Of a stretch of DNA of 39,689 nucleotides, positions 7,048 to 14,087 are shown piece by piece. The notes beneath the pieces are model-generated. The model searched no databases, had not been told where the DNA came from, and was given only the letters and a program-made list of their open reading frames with translations. Each line of letters opens with the position of its first letter. The first letter of the stretch is position 1. Both the position numbers and the translations under genes were made by a program. The DNA comes from a virus: the IMG/VR virus record IMGVR_UViG_3300045988_132498, positions 1-39,689 of that record. One strand, written 5' to 3'.

Positions 7048-7236
7048 TTACGCCTCGGGGAGGCGGTCGATCCAGGCTTCGAGGTCGTCTCGGCGGATGA
7101 GGTACTTGGTGCCTGCCATGTGGGCGGGGAGGTGGAAGTCGGGGTCGGTGGACTTGACGGCCTTGCGGATGTAGTCGACGGACAGGCCGGTGACTGCGGC
7201 GGCCCCGCTGAGGGTGTAGGTGAGGACGACGGTCAT
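7048..7236 (-). CDS. Excisionase/MerR-type HTH protein (62 aa), Xis candidate
   Basis: ATG 7236 with AAAGGAG SD. LSGAAAVTGLSVDYIRKAV...YLIRRDDLEAWI is typical of excisionase-family HTH domains. Confidence 0.6.
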   Translation of the reverse strand: MTVVLTYTLSGAAAVTGLSVDYIRKAVKSTDPDFHLPAHMAGTKYLIRRDDLEAWIDRLPEA

Positions 7237-7397
7237 CGGCGGGGCTCCTTTTCGGTGCGGATGGTGTGGGCTGCGAGGACTGCGGTGAGGGTGACGGCGA
7301 GGAGGAGGACACCCGTGTGGTGACCGAGTGCGGTGGTGAGTGCGGCCTCGGTGAGGATGGCGGCGGCAGCGGCGGCTCCGAGGATGTAGGTGCTCAT
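7233..7397 (-). CDS. Small two-TM membrane protein (54 aa; below the ORF-track cutoff)
   Basis: Hand translation MSTYILGAAAAAAILTEAALTTALGHHTGVLLLAVTLTAVLAAHTIRTEKEPRR. ATGA overlaps at both ends (7394-7397 and 7233-7236) fit the coupled operon. Confidence 0.55.
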   Translation of the reverse strand: MSTYILGAAAAAAILTEAALTTALGHHTGVLLLAVTLTAVLAAHTIRTEKEPRR

Positions 7398-7720
7398 GCG
7401 GCGGCCGCCTCGGCACCGAAGAACGGCTCATCGCCGTAGTAGGAGGAGTGGATGTACCAGCGGCCCACGCTGCGGCTGGCGTACCAAGAGGTTGGCTCGT
7501 AGGCATCGGAGCGCTGCTCGCGGACGAAGAGGTCGAGGAGGTCGCAGATGGCGTCGAAGCCGCCGTCGTAGGGGTAGATGGCGATGTCGAAGCGCCCTTC
7601 GGGGAGGGCGTGGATGTAGGTGTGGGAGATGTCGATGCAGTTGCGCTCGGCCTCTTCGATGAGGGCGTTCACGAGGGGCATGGCCTCTGAGATGGGGCGC
7701 TGGGTGGTGGGGTTGCACAT
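7394..7720 (-). CDS. Hypothetical protein (108 aa)
   Basis: ATG 7720 with AAGGGAAC SD. No motif recognised. Confidence 0.6.
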   Translation of the reverse strand: MCNPTTQRPISEAMPLVNALIEEAERNCIDISHTYIHALPEGRFDIAIYPYDGGFDAICDLLDLFVREQRSDAYEPTSWYASRSVGRWYIHSSYYGDEPFFGAEAAAA

Positions 7721-7738
7721 GATGGGTTCCCTTAGGGG

Positions 7739-7966
7739 TTAGGCGGCTTCTGCCTGGGTGATGATCTGGCTGGCAGTGGTTCCGAGGGCGGCGGCGATCC
7801 GGCTGATCTCGTCGAGCTGTAGGCCGCGGCCGGTTCGGAGTCTGCGCTGGAGGGTGGAGCGGGGGATGTCCGCGTCTCGGCTGAGCTGGAGGAGGCTGGT
7901 GCCTGTTGTCTCCATCTGGTGGGTGATCGCCCGGATGATGGGGGGCGGCTCGTTTCTGTGGTCCAT
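7739..7966 (-). CDS. Cro-like XRE-family HTH regulator (75 aa), first gene of early operon
   Basis: ATG 7966 lies 7 nt after a TACTGT -10 with no SD (leaderless). HTH segment TSLLQLSRDADIPRSTLQRRL...ISRIAAALG. Divergent from the repressor gene. Confidence 0.7.
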   Translation of the reverse strand: MDHRNEPPPIIRAITHQMETTGTSLLQLSRDADIPRSTLQRRLRTGRGLQLDEISRIAAALGTTASQIITQAEAA

Positions 7967-7973
7967 GTGGGCA

Positions 7974-8003
7974 ACAGTAGGTGCCCACTTGGGCACCTGG
8001 CAA
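7974..8003 (-). promoter_or_regulatory. Early promoter TTGCCA-18-TACTGT with 20-bp perfect palindromic operator
   Basis: Minus strand has TTGCCA (8003-7998) and TACTGT (7979-7974). The spacer holds AGGTGCCCA-CT-TGGGCACCT (7979-7998), with 9-bp perfect arms. Confidence 0.65.
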
Positions 8004-8030
8004 GATGCTGGGAGATCGCTCAGAAAACCG

Positions 8031-8060
8031 TTACCATTCCGTCACCTTGTGGTCCAATAT
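8031..8060 (+). promoter_or_regulatory. Tentative repressor-maintenance promoter TTACCA-18-CAATAT
   Basis: Hexamers at 8031-8036 and 8055-8060. The ATG at 8075 would leave a very short leader. A weak match, so tentative. Confidence 0.3.
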
Positions 8061-8074
8061 GGCACACTCAAAGC

Positions 8075-8356
8075 ATGGGAACTCAAGCAACCAACCCCGA
8101 GGCCGGTCTCAACGCCGCGGCCGCCGCCGTCCTGCGCGAGCTCAGGGAGCAGCAGCACATCACCATGCGCTCCCTATCCACCTCCACAGGCATCCCCCTG
8201 CGCACGCTCACACGCCTCCTACAGGCGGACAGGTCCATCACCTTCGACCCCCTGTGCGCGCTCGCTGACGCCCTCGGAGTCAGCGTCTCCACCATCGTCT
8301 CGCTGGCCGAGGAGCGCCTGCGGGAGGAGCAGCGTGTCCCCCAATTCTCCTGCTGA
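8075..8356 (+). CDS. CI-like XRE-family HTH repressor (93 aa, no peptidase domain)
   Basis: ITMRSLSTSTGIPLRTLTRLLQADR...LCALADALGVSVSTI is an XRE-type HTH. It is divergent from the Cro-like gene, lies in the integrase-proximal position, and is one of very few plus-strand genes. Confidence 0.75.
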   Translation: MGTQATNPEAGLNAAAAAVLRELREQQHITMRSLSTSTGIPLRTLTRLLQADRSITFDPLCALADALGVSVSTIVSLAEERLREEQRVPQFSC

Positions 8357-8378
8357 CAGCAGGCGGCGCAGACAGGAA

Positions 8379-8414
8379 AGTGGCCCCACCCGGTACTGCC
8401 TGGGCGGGGCCACT
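8379..8414 (+). terminator. Hairpin downstream of repressor gene
   Basis: AGTGGCCCCACCC (8379-8391) pairs with GGGCGGGGCCACT (8402-8414): 13 bp with one mismatch. There is no U-tract. A 14-bp palindrome CTGACGGCCGTCAG follows at 8438-8451. Confidence 0.45.
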
Positions 8415-8494
8415 TCTCGCGCGGTCATCTGACCTCGCTGACGGCCGTCAGGTGCGACGGCCAACCAATCGGTATCGATCCCGTTAAGGAATTG

Positions 8495-9016
8495 TCACGC
8501 CGCGGTGAAGTCGATGGGGGCCTTCCCCTTCCGAGCGCGGCGGTCATTGATGAGGTCGCCGACGGTGGTCTCCCACCAGCGGCGCTTGGCGGGCTCGCTG
8601 GGCTCGACGTCAGCGGCGGTGGCGGGCGGCTCCGGAGCCGGGGTGGACTCCTCGACCTTCTCTGCCGCTGCGGCCTGGCCGCGGGCGACGGCGACCTGCG
8701 CCCGCTTCACGAACTCTCTGGCCTCCCGGTAGCGCTTGGCGCTGATCTCGTAGACGTAGGCGACCTCGGTGGTCTCGATGACGATGAACTTGGTGGCGTC
8801 GACCTTCTTCTTGATGGCGAGGGCGAGGACACCGACGGCGGCGACGCGGGCCGCGGTGACTCGCTTGCTGGCGGCCTTCCCGTCCTCGATGGCGATGTCG
8901 GCGACGTCGACGGCGGGGACGACGGTGAGCCGCTTGGGGAGGTTGAGGGAGCCGTCGTGGTAGACGCCGATCTTGCCGTCGTCGGTCTTGATCTGGGCGG
9001 CGTAGATGAGTGACAT
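8495..9016 (-). CDS. Hypothetical protein (173 aa) cotranscribed with integrase (lysogeny-module cargo)
   Basis: ATG 9016 lies 15 nt after the int stop. Central hydrophobic stretch VTAARVAAVGVLALAI. No recognisable catalytic motif. Confidence 0.65.
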   Translation of the reverse strand: MSLIYAAQIKTDDGKIGVYHDGSLNLPKRLTVVPAVDVADIAIEDGKAASKRVTAARVAAVGVLALAIKKKVDATKFIVIETTEVAYVYEISAKRYREAREFVKRAQVAVARGQAAAAEKVEESTPAPEPPATAADVEPSEPAKRRWWETTVGDLINDRRARKGKAPIDFTAA

Positions 9017-9030
9017 GGTGGTTTTCCTTT

Positions 9031-10281
9031 CTAGGGGGTTGGGGTGGAGGCGAGGCCGAGGCGGGGAGCGACGGCCTCGAGAGCCGACCTGGCCTGCTCG
9101 AGGTCAGCGTGTTGGTATCCCATGGAGGTCGTGATCGCGGTGTGGCCCATAATTGCTATGACGACGGTGGCGGGGACCCCGGCGGCCATGAGGAGCGTCG
9201 CCGTCGAGTGGCGGGCCTCATGCACGAGATAGTAGCCGCCGCCGTCCTTGTGGACGCCAGCCACGTCCTGGAGGGCGCGCCACGCCAGCCGGTCGTCTTT
9301 TTTCGACCACGGGCCGCCGTCAGGGCGGGGCCACACGAGCCCATAGGGCGAGGTCGGGCACTGGTCGCGCCAGGCGCTCAGGGCCGCCGCCATCCACGGC
9401 ACCAGCGGCAGGACACGGGAGCCCGCCGCGGTTTTGACCGGCCCCCAGTAGTAGCCGTCCATCAGGTGCTCATAGACCACGCCGTCGGTGCCGGTGACGT
9501 CCTCGGCGGCGGTCATCTCGACGAGCTGTCGGTCTACGGTGAGGGTACCGGCGTCGAGGTCGACACGGTCCCAGGTGAGTCCCAGGCACTCCCCCTGCCT
9601 CATACCCTGGAGAAGGGCGGCGACCCACCGGCTGGCGTCCTGCTCGGTGGCGAGGCGGCGGGACCGGTGGGCGGGGGCGCTCATGGCGTCGGGCAGGGGC
9701 GGCCAGGTGTCTTTCTCGGTGGCGGCCTTGAGGAGGGTAGCGGCGTCGGCGGCGGGGATGGCCTGCCGCTTGGAGGCGGCCGCCTTGGGCTTGGGTGCGA
9801 GCATGACGGAGTCGGGGATGCGGTGACCCTCGACGATGGCGGCCCTGAGGGCGCGGTGGAGGATCAGCCGGACGTAGCGGATCGACGTTGTTGACCGCCC
9901 GGCCTGCCTCATGCCGGCTTCCATCTTGCGTAGGTCGGTGACGGTGAGGTCGGTGAGGCGGCGGTGCCCGATGGTGGGTACGACCCACTTGCCGAGGAGG
10001 GCGATGTCATTCGAGTAGGTGCGGGGGCGGGCGGTCCGCTTGTAGTCGACGGCCCAGGTGTCGAGCCAGGACTTGAGGGTGGTGCGCGGGCTGACGGCGG
10101 TGGACTGCTGCTCGGCGAGGACCTCCCGGCGGATGGCGCGCAGGGCGCGCTTGGCCTCCGCCTCGGTGGCTCGCGCTCGGGTGATCCGTCGGCGGCCACC
10201 GGATGGCGTGTAGCCAGCCTCGACGCAAGCGACCCATTTGCCGTCGCGCCGCTGGTAGACGGTGCCCTCACCGTAGGCCAT
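9031..10281 (-). CDS. int: Tyrosine integrase (416 aa)
   Basis: N-terminal arm-binding-like GTVYQRRDGKWVACV. C-terminal HEARHSTATLLMAAG...IMGHTAITTSMGYQH contains the H-x-x-R ... H ... Y catalytic pattern of tyrosine recombinases. Adjacent to attP. Confidence 0.9.
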   Translation of the reverse strand: MAYGEGTVYQRRDGKWVACVEAGYTPSGGRRRITRARATEAEAKRALRAIRREVLAEQQSTAVSPRTTLKSWLDTWAVDYKRTARPRTYSNDIALLGKWVVPTIGHRRLTDLTVTDLRKMEAGMRQAGRSTTSIRYVRLILHRALRAAIVEGHRIPDSVMLAPKPKAAASKRQAIPAADAATLLKAATEKDTWPPLPDAMSAPAHRSRRLATEQDASRWVAALLQGMRQGECLGLTWDRVDLDAGTLTVDRQLVEMTAAEDVTGTDGVVYEHLMDGYYWGPVKTAAGSRVLPLVPWMAAALSAWRDQCPTSPYGLVWPRPDGGPWSKKDDRLAWRALQDVAGVHKDGGGYYLVHEARHSTATLLMAAGVPATVVIAIMGHTAITTSMGYQHADLEQARSALEAVAPRLGLASTPTP

Positions 10282-10305
10282 GGTCGGTCCTCTCGTAGCC
10301 GTCGA

Positions 10306-10326
10306 CTAGCCATCTGGCTAGCCATC
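10306..10326. repeat. Arm-type repeats CTAGCCATC x2 (int-proximal arm of attP)
   Basis: Copies at 10306-10314 and 10318-10326. Together they also form the palindrome CTAGCCA-TC-TGGCTAG. They lie 25 bp upstream of the int start. Confidence 0.7.
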
Positions 10327-10397
10327 CGCGTCCCAGGATAGCATAAGAGGAGCCAAGTAGGTACCGCACATTTCGCGGCGATTCCGCGGTTTCCCGG

Positions 10398-10444
10398 TCG
10401 GGCTGGCGGGATTTGAACCCGCGGCCCCCTGCTCCCAAAGCAGG
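10398..10444 (-). other. attP core: 3' half of a tRNA-Pro(UGG)-like sequence
   Basis: Minus strand reads CCTGC-TTTGGGA-GCAGG (anticodon arm, TGG), GGGCC, GCGGG-TTCAAAT-CCCGC (T-arm), CAGCCCG-A (acceptor 3' strand plus discriminator). Upstream sequence cannot form a D-arm or a matching acceptor 5' strand, so this is a fragment. Confidence 0.6.
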
Positions 10445-10505
10445 TGCCATTCCAGGTGATACCCCCCGACAGCACTCACCAAACCGCCGACCAGCCGCCC
10501 CGAAA

Positions 10506-10525
10506 CTAGCCATCAACTAGCCATT
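10506..10525. repeat. Arm-type repeats CTAGCCAT x2 (distal arm of attP)
   Basis: Copies at 10506-10514 and 10517-10524, in the same orientation as the 10306/10318 copies. Confidence 0.7.
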
Positions 10526-10653
10526 TTCCCACAACACCGAGAATCCCCCGGAATCACGCCATAAACAGCCAACAGAGACGACGAAACGCGCCCCCACGCC
10601 CGAAGTAGGTAGCGGGGGCGCTAGCGGGCTAGAATGACCCCGAGGAGGTGACC

Positions 10654-10728
10654 ATGGGCTACTACTGGGACACGCTCGTCGCTCGACCGGCGCGGAACAT
10701 CTACTGGTGGATGACTCACCTCTGGTGA
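10654..10728 (+). CDS. Possible 24-aa Trp/Tyr-rich micropeptide MGYYWDTLVARPARNIYWWMTHLW
   Basis: GAGGAGG lies 5 nt upstream of the ATG and TAGAAT (-10-like) at 10630-10635. The stop is followed within 10 nt by the 16-bp-stem hairpin. Too short for statistical support. Confidence 0.35.
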   Translation: MGYYWDTLVARPARNIYWWMTHLW

Positions 10729-10737
10729 GATGACAAA

Positions 10738-10773
10738 AGGCGCCCCTCCCACCCGAAGGTGGGAGGGGCGCCT
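10738..10773 (-). terminator. Intrinsic terminator ending the late/lysis operon (also closes the plus-strand micro-ORF)
   Basis: AGGCGCCCCTCCCACC-CGAA-GGTGGGAGGGGCGCCT is a perfect 16-bp stem. It is followed on the minus strand by TTTTGT. Confidence 0.8.
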
Positions 10774-10778
10774 TCCTG

Positions 10779-11042
10779 TCAGTCGTCAGCGAGGTCCCTG
10801 ATCGGAGACTCCCCGGGGCCGCGCGGCAGGTCGCTCAGGGGCGCCCCGCGGTCGAGGGCGATCGCGCGCGTCCTGCGCGCCACACACTCCCACTGAGCGG
10901 CCTCCCGGCGCGCGGCCTGCACCTCCGTCTCCCGCCCCTGACGGGCGTGCCAGAGAGCGCGGATAGCGGCCCCGATCTGCCCGACCAGGGTAGCGGCGAG
11001 GCCGCTCGTGATGACGACGGCGATCAGGTCGGCTGCTCGCAT
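10779..11042 (-). CDS. Lysis-cassette protein (87 aa) with N-terminal TM helix
   Basis: LIAVVITSGLAATLVGQIGAAI is followed by a charged tail. Last gene before the terminator. Confidence 0.5.
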   Translation of the reverse strand: MRAADLIAVVITSGLAATLVGQIGAAIRALWHARQGRETEVQAARREAAQWECVARRTRAIALDRGAPLSDLPRGPGESPIRDLADD

Positions 11043-11536
11043 CCCGTCTCTCCTCTCTCTGCGGCGCGGGCCGCCGCGTCAGCCTCGCGGGCCTTCGCGA
11101 CGGTCACGCCGATCTGTGCCCGACGAAGCGGGGTGTCCGGCTCGCGGCCGGGCTCCCACGCGCGGCCCCAGGTGCGGGCCATCCGCTGGGCGATCATGAG
11201 GAGGAGAGCGATGATGATGAGGAGCGGCCACCCCGGCCACCGGTCAGTGGTGAGCGCGCGCAGAGTGTCCTCGACGGCGACGGCGAGGAGGCCGAGGGCG
11301 GTGAGGGCCGCCGCTGGCCCCTCGACTCCCCACCAGCCCCGCCACGCGGACGGGGCACCCAGCAGGCACCCCAGGATAGTGACAGCACACCCCAGAGTGA
11401 CGTCCCACGGCTGGACGCGCGGGCTGGTGAGGATGAGGGCCATGGCGGCCGCCACGACCCCATACGTGATCACCATCAGGGCGGTGACTATACGGGGCTC
11501 ATGGAGGGTCCCCCAGATGCGGCGGCCCAGGCCCAT
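11024..11536 (-). CDS. Four-TM membrane protein (170 aa), holin-like / lysis accessory
   Basis: ATG 11536 has an ATGA overlap with the upstream gene. Four hydrophobic segments by eye. Located downstream of the endolysin. Confidence 0.55.
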   Translation of the reverse strand: MGLGRRIWGTLHEPRIVTALMVITYGVVAAAMALILTSPRVQPWDVTLGCAVTILGCLLGAPSAWRGWWGVEGPAAALTALGLLAVAVEDTLRALTTDRWPGWPLLIIIALLLMIAQRMARTWGRAWEPGREPDTPLRRAQIGVTVAKAREADAAARAAERGETGCEQPT

Positions 11537-11829
11537 CAGGACGCCTCAGGCTCGCTGGTAGCGGGCCGCTGCTCAGCTGGGGAGGCGGCCAGCCACGGCA
11601 CATAGGCGCGCAGCCAGGCGTCGACGCCAGGCAGAGCCATGATACGGGTGACCGCTCCGGTGACGGCGAGGACACCAGCGGCGGCCCCGGTAGCTACAGC
11701 GGGGTCGTGCTGCGACGCGGCGCTGTAGACCACCGGGGCGAGCGCGCACAGGCCCACGAGGGCCTGGAAAATGGTGCGGATGACGGCGCGCGATGGGTGA
11801 TTGATCTGGGTGGCGAGGTGCTTGCTCAC
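11536..11829 (-). CDS. Holin-like two-TM protein (97 aa)
   Basis: GTG 11829 overlaps the endolysin stop (GTGA). Hydrophobic segments IFQALVGLCALAPVVY and AAAGVLAVTGAV. Confidence 0.55.
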   Translation of the reverse strand: MSKHLATQINHPSRAVIRTIFQALVGLCALAPVVYSAASQHDPAVATGAAAGVLAVTGAVTRIMALPGVDAWLRAYVPWLAASPAEQRPATSEPEAS

Positions 11830-13418
11830 GCGGCCGCCTCCTCGGTCTTGGGCGCGGCGTTGGCCTTGACGGCGGCCAGGACCTCGGCCGTAGCGGCCTC
11901 GACGTCCTTCTTGCCAGCGAGGGAGCCAAACAGGTAATTGTACTGGTCCCATGAGTCCTTCACGAGGGCATTGAAGTCCTCGCCGGTGACCCAGGTGGTG
12001 CGGTAGCCAGCGCGGTAGAAGGCATCGGCGGTAGCCTGGTCCATGCTGTAGGCGCCCAGGCCGGGGGTCAGGCGGGCGTACCCGTAGGTCCCGTTGCCGA
12101 AGTCGAGCCCGAGAATTTTCATATCGTCCTCTTCTGTAGTGGTGGTGTCGGCGGGGGCGGTCGCCCCCACCATGGCGTCCCAGGCTGCGCGATCACGCAG
12201 CCTGTTCAGGTCGAGGCTGCCGCCGTACCCAGGCAGGCGTCCGTCCTCGGTGTACTGGTGCACCAGAGGGGCACCCCAGTACGGCACGGACGGGACGGAC
12301 GGGTCCGTGTAGCTCCTGCCGTAGTCGCTGTAGTCCGGGCCGCCCGCGTACCAGAGCGGGTACTTGGCGGCGACGGCCGACCAGTCGTAGCCGCTGGCGG
12401 CGGACCCGTTCATGTAGACGCCCGGGGTGAGGCCGGTCAGCGAGGCGACCGTGTCGAGCCACGCCAGAGCCCACCCAGGCCCCTGCGCGACAGCGTCAGA
12501 CTCCCAGTCCAGCCACAGTGTCGCGCGCCCGACATAGGAGCTGACGGCGCTCACGAAAAAGCGCGCCTGGGCGCCCGCATCGCCGGGTCGGGCGAAGTGG
12601 TAGAAGCCGACGCGCTTCCCGGCGTCGAGGGCACTAGCCGCCTGCGTGTGCATGACGGGGCTGATGTAGTCGTCATCCTCAGTCGCCTTGACGATGACGA
12701 AGTCGCCGGGGACCGCCGCTAAGTCGATGCCAGCCTGATGACTGGACACGTCGATCCCGTGCGCATGTGTCGGCTCGCTCGACGCCGACGGCGCAGCGGG
12801 CGCAGGAGCCGGTGCCGGGGCGCTCGCGCCAGCGAACTCGGGCCACTGGGACAGGAACAGGCTGTCGTCGAAGCGGTGGCAGCTGGTCCATTTCCCGGTC
12901 AGCGTGTAGGGGTGGCTCGAGTAGGGGACGGTGCGGGTCTCGCCGCCGGTGGTGTCGCCAGCGTAGCCGTCGATGCTGCCGTCCTCGGCGATCCATGCCT
13001 CCGACAGGTAGTCGGCGGCGGGGTCGGTGATGATGACGACGTGGCCCGCTCCGCCCTCTGGTCCGGCGGACAGGACGACGTCGCCGACTTGGAAGCCTCC
13101 GTCCGGGTACAGGCTGGCGTCGTCCCAGTTGACCTCTCGGTAGCCGCGGGCCTCGAGCCCCTGCCGCATGTTTCCGGTCCATAGGCCGTCGATCTCCGGC
13201 AGGGCAGGGTGGCCCCAGGGGACGCCGTAGGTGACGTGCAGGCCGAAGCAAATCGACCCGCACACCAGCGACGAGCAGTCGGCGTTCTGGGGGGTGGTGA
13301 CGTAGCCAGCCTCGTCGGCGCTGGCATACCAGGAGCGGCGCTCAGGCTGGCTGTAGCCGACGTCGGCGACGTCGCAGATGTAGCGAGCCTGCGCGGCCGC
13401 CACACTTCCAACAGACAT
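11826..13418 (-). CDS. Modular endolysin: N-terminal Cys/His peptidase, central GH25 muramidase, C-terminal wall-binding region
   Basis: ATG 13418 with GGAAAGGAAAC SD (the track ORF extends to 13460). Peptidase part: DCSSLV...GHVVII. After an APAPAPAP linker: GIDVSSHQAGIDL...FVIVKATE...GFYHFA, the GH25 signature. Confidence 0.85.
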   Translation of the reverse strand: MSVGSVAAAQARYICDVADVGYSQPERRSWYASADEAGYVTTPQNADCSSLVCGSICFGLHVTYGVPWGHPALPEIDGLWTGNMRQGLEARGYREVNWDDASLYPDGGFQVGDVVLSAGPEGGAGHVVIITDPAADYLSEAWIAEDGSIDGYAGDTTGGETRTVPYSSHPYTLTGKWTSCHRFDDSLFLSQWPEFAGASAPAPAPAPAAPSASSEPTHAHGIDVSSHQAGIDLAAVPGDFVIVKATEDDDYISPVMHTQAASALDAGKRVGFYHFARPGDAGAQARFFVSAVSSYVGRATLWLDWESDAVAQGPGWALAWLDTVASLTGLTPGVYMNGSAASGYDWSAVAAKYPLWYAGGPDYSDYGRSYTDPSVPSVPYWGAPLVHQYTEDGRLPGYGGSLDLNRLRDRAAWDAMVGATAPADTTTTEEDDMKILGLDFGNGTYGYARLTPGLGAYSMDQATADAFYRAGYRTTWVTGEDFNALVKDSWDQYNYLFGSLAGKKDVEAATAEVLAAVKANAAPKTEEAAA

Positions 13419-13487
13419 ACGGTTTCCTTTCCGTGATTTGGTATAGGAAATCCCCGCCACCAGGATTGGTACGGGGACAGGAAATGG

Positions 13488-14087
13488 TTAGTAGCCAATG
13501 GCCTGCCACATGAACGAATGGTTGGTGGATGACGTCTCGCCGGGGTACATGATACGGAAACCGCGATTGGACGCATAGTCCACCATTGGCATGCGGTTGT
13601 TCGTGAACCCGTATTTGCCGCCGGAATTGTAGATCGGCGTCACGGTTACGGTTAGGCAAGTTTTCGGAAAGGGCGTGTTGAAAACCATCGTCGGCATGTA
13701 GCCATTCCCGAACTGGATATCCGTATTCGACGACTGGCGGCCGTGCTTAATCAGCATGACCTCGTTCGGGCCGGGCGCCGTATACTCGATGCCAGCGTCC
13801 CCCTGCTGCGTCGTCTCCATATAGAGACCCGAGGTTCCGTCCCATCTGGTGCCGTCGTAGCGGACCAGACACCCCGGGTTCTCCACCCAGTAGAAATCAG
13901 GGTTGGATGGCGATGGGTTCCAACCCAAATCCCATTTCGCTTGGTTCGCTTTATTGTAGGCGTCCTGCCAATTCTGCGCCCAGATAATTGTCCGCACCGA
14001 CCGAGCCAGGGCATCCATGTCGCCCTGGGCGTTAAAAGGGTCCGTCCCTTCCGGGACGCGGATTCGGTTCATCAGCGTAGTTGCCAT
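13488..14087 (-). CDS. Tail fibre / receptor-binding protein candidate (199 aa)
   Basis: Last tail gene before the lysis cassette and looks less G+C-rich than its neighbours by eye. The C-terminal pattern FPKTCLTVTVTP...GFRIMYPG...FMWQAIGY resembles lectin-type fibre tips. Confidence 0.55.
   Translation of the reverse strand: MATTLMNRIRVPEGTDPFNAQGDMDALARSVRTIIWAQNWQDAYNKANQAKWDLGWNPSPSNPDFYWVENPGCLVRYDGTRWDGTSGLYMETTQQGDAGIEYTAPGPNEVMLIKHGRQSSNTDIQFGNGYMPTMVFNTPFPKTCLTVTVTPIYNSGGKYGFTNNRMPMVDYASNRGFRIMYPGETSSTNHSFMWQAIGY

Noticed and set aside
7428-8003. 191-aa Pro/Arg/His-rich ORF. Many track ORFs have similar long N-terminal extensions (for example 5855..6652, 6385..6924, 14088..15404, 15062..16477, 38121..38813).
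   Set aside because: The extensions translate the upstream gene in another frame (P/R/H-rich). Internal starts with an SD or with ATGA/GTGA coupling give compact, non-overlapping genes.
10398-10475. Full-length tRNA-Pro gene on the minus strand.
   Set aside because: Only the anticodon arm, T-arm and acceptor 3' strand fold. The candidate 5' strand CGGGGGG mismatches CAGCCCG at two positions, and no D-stem can be formed (TCAC versus TGGC). It is interpreted as the attP core fragment.
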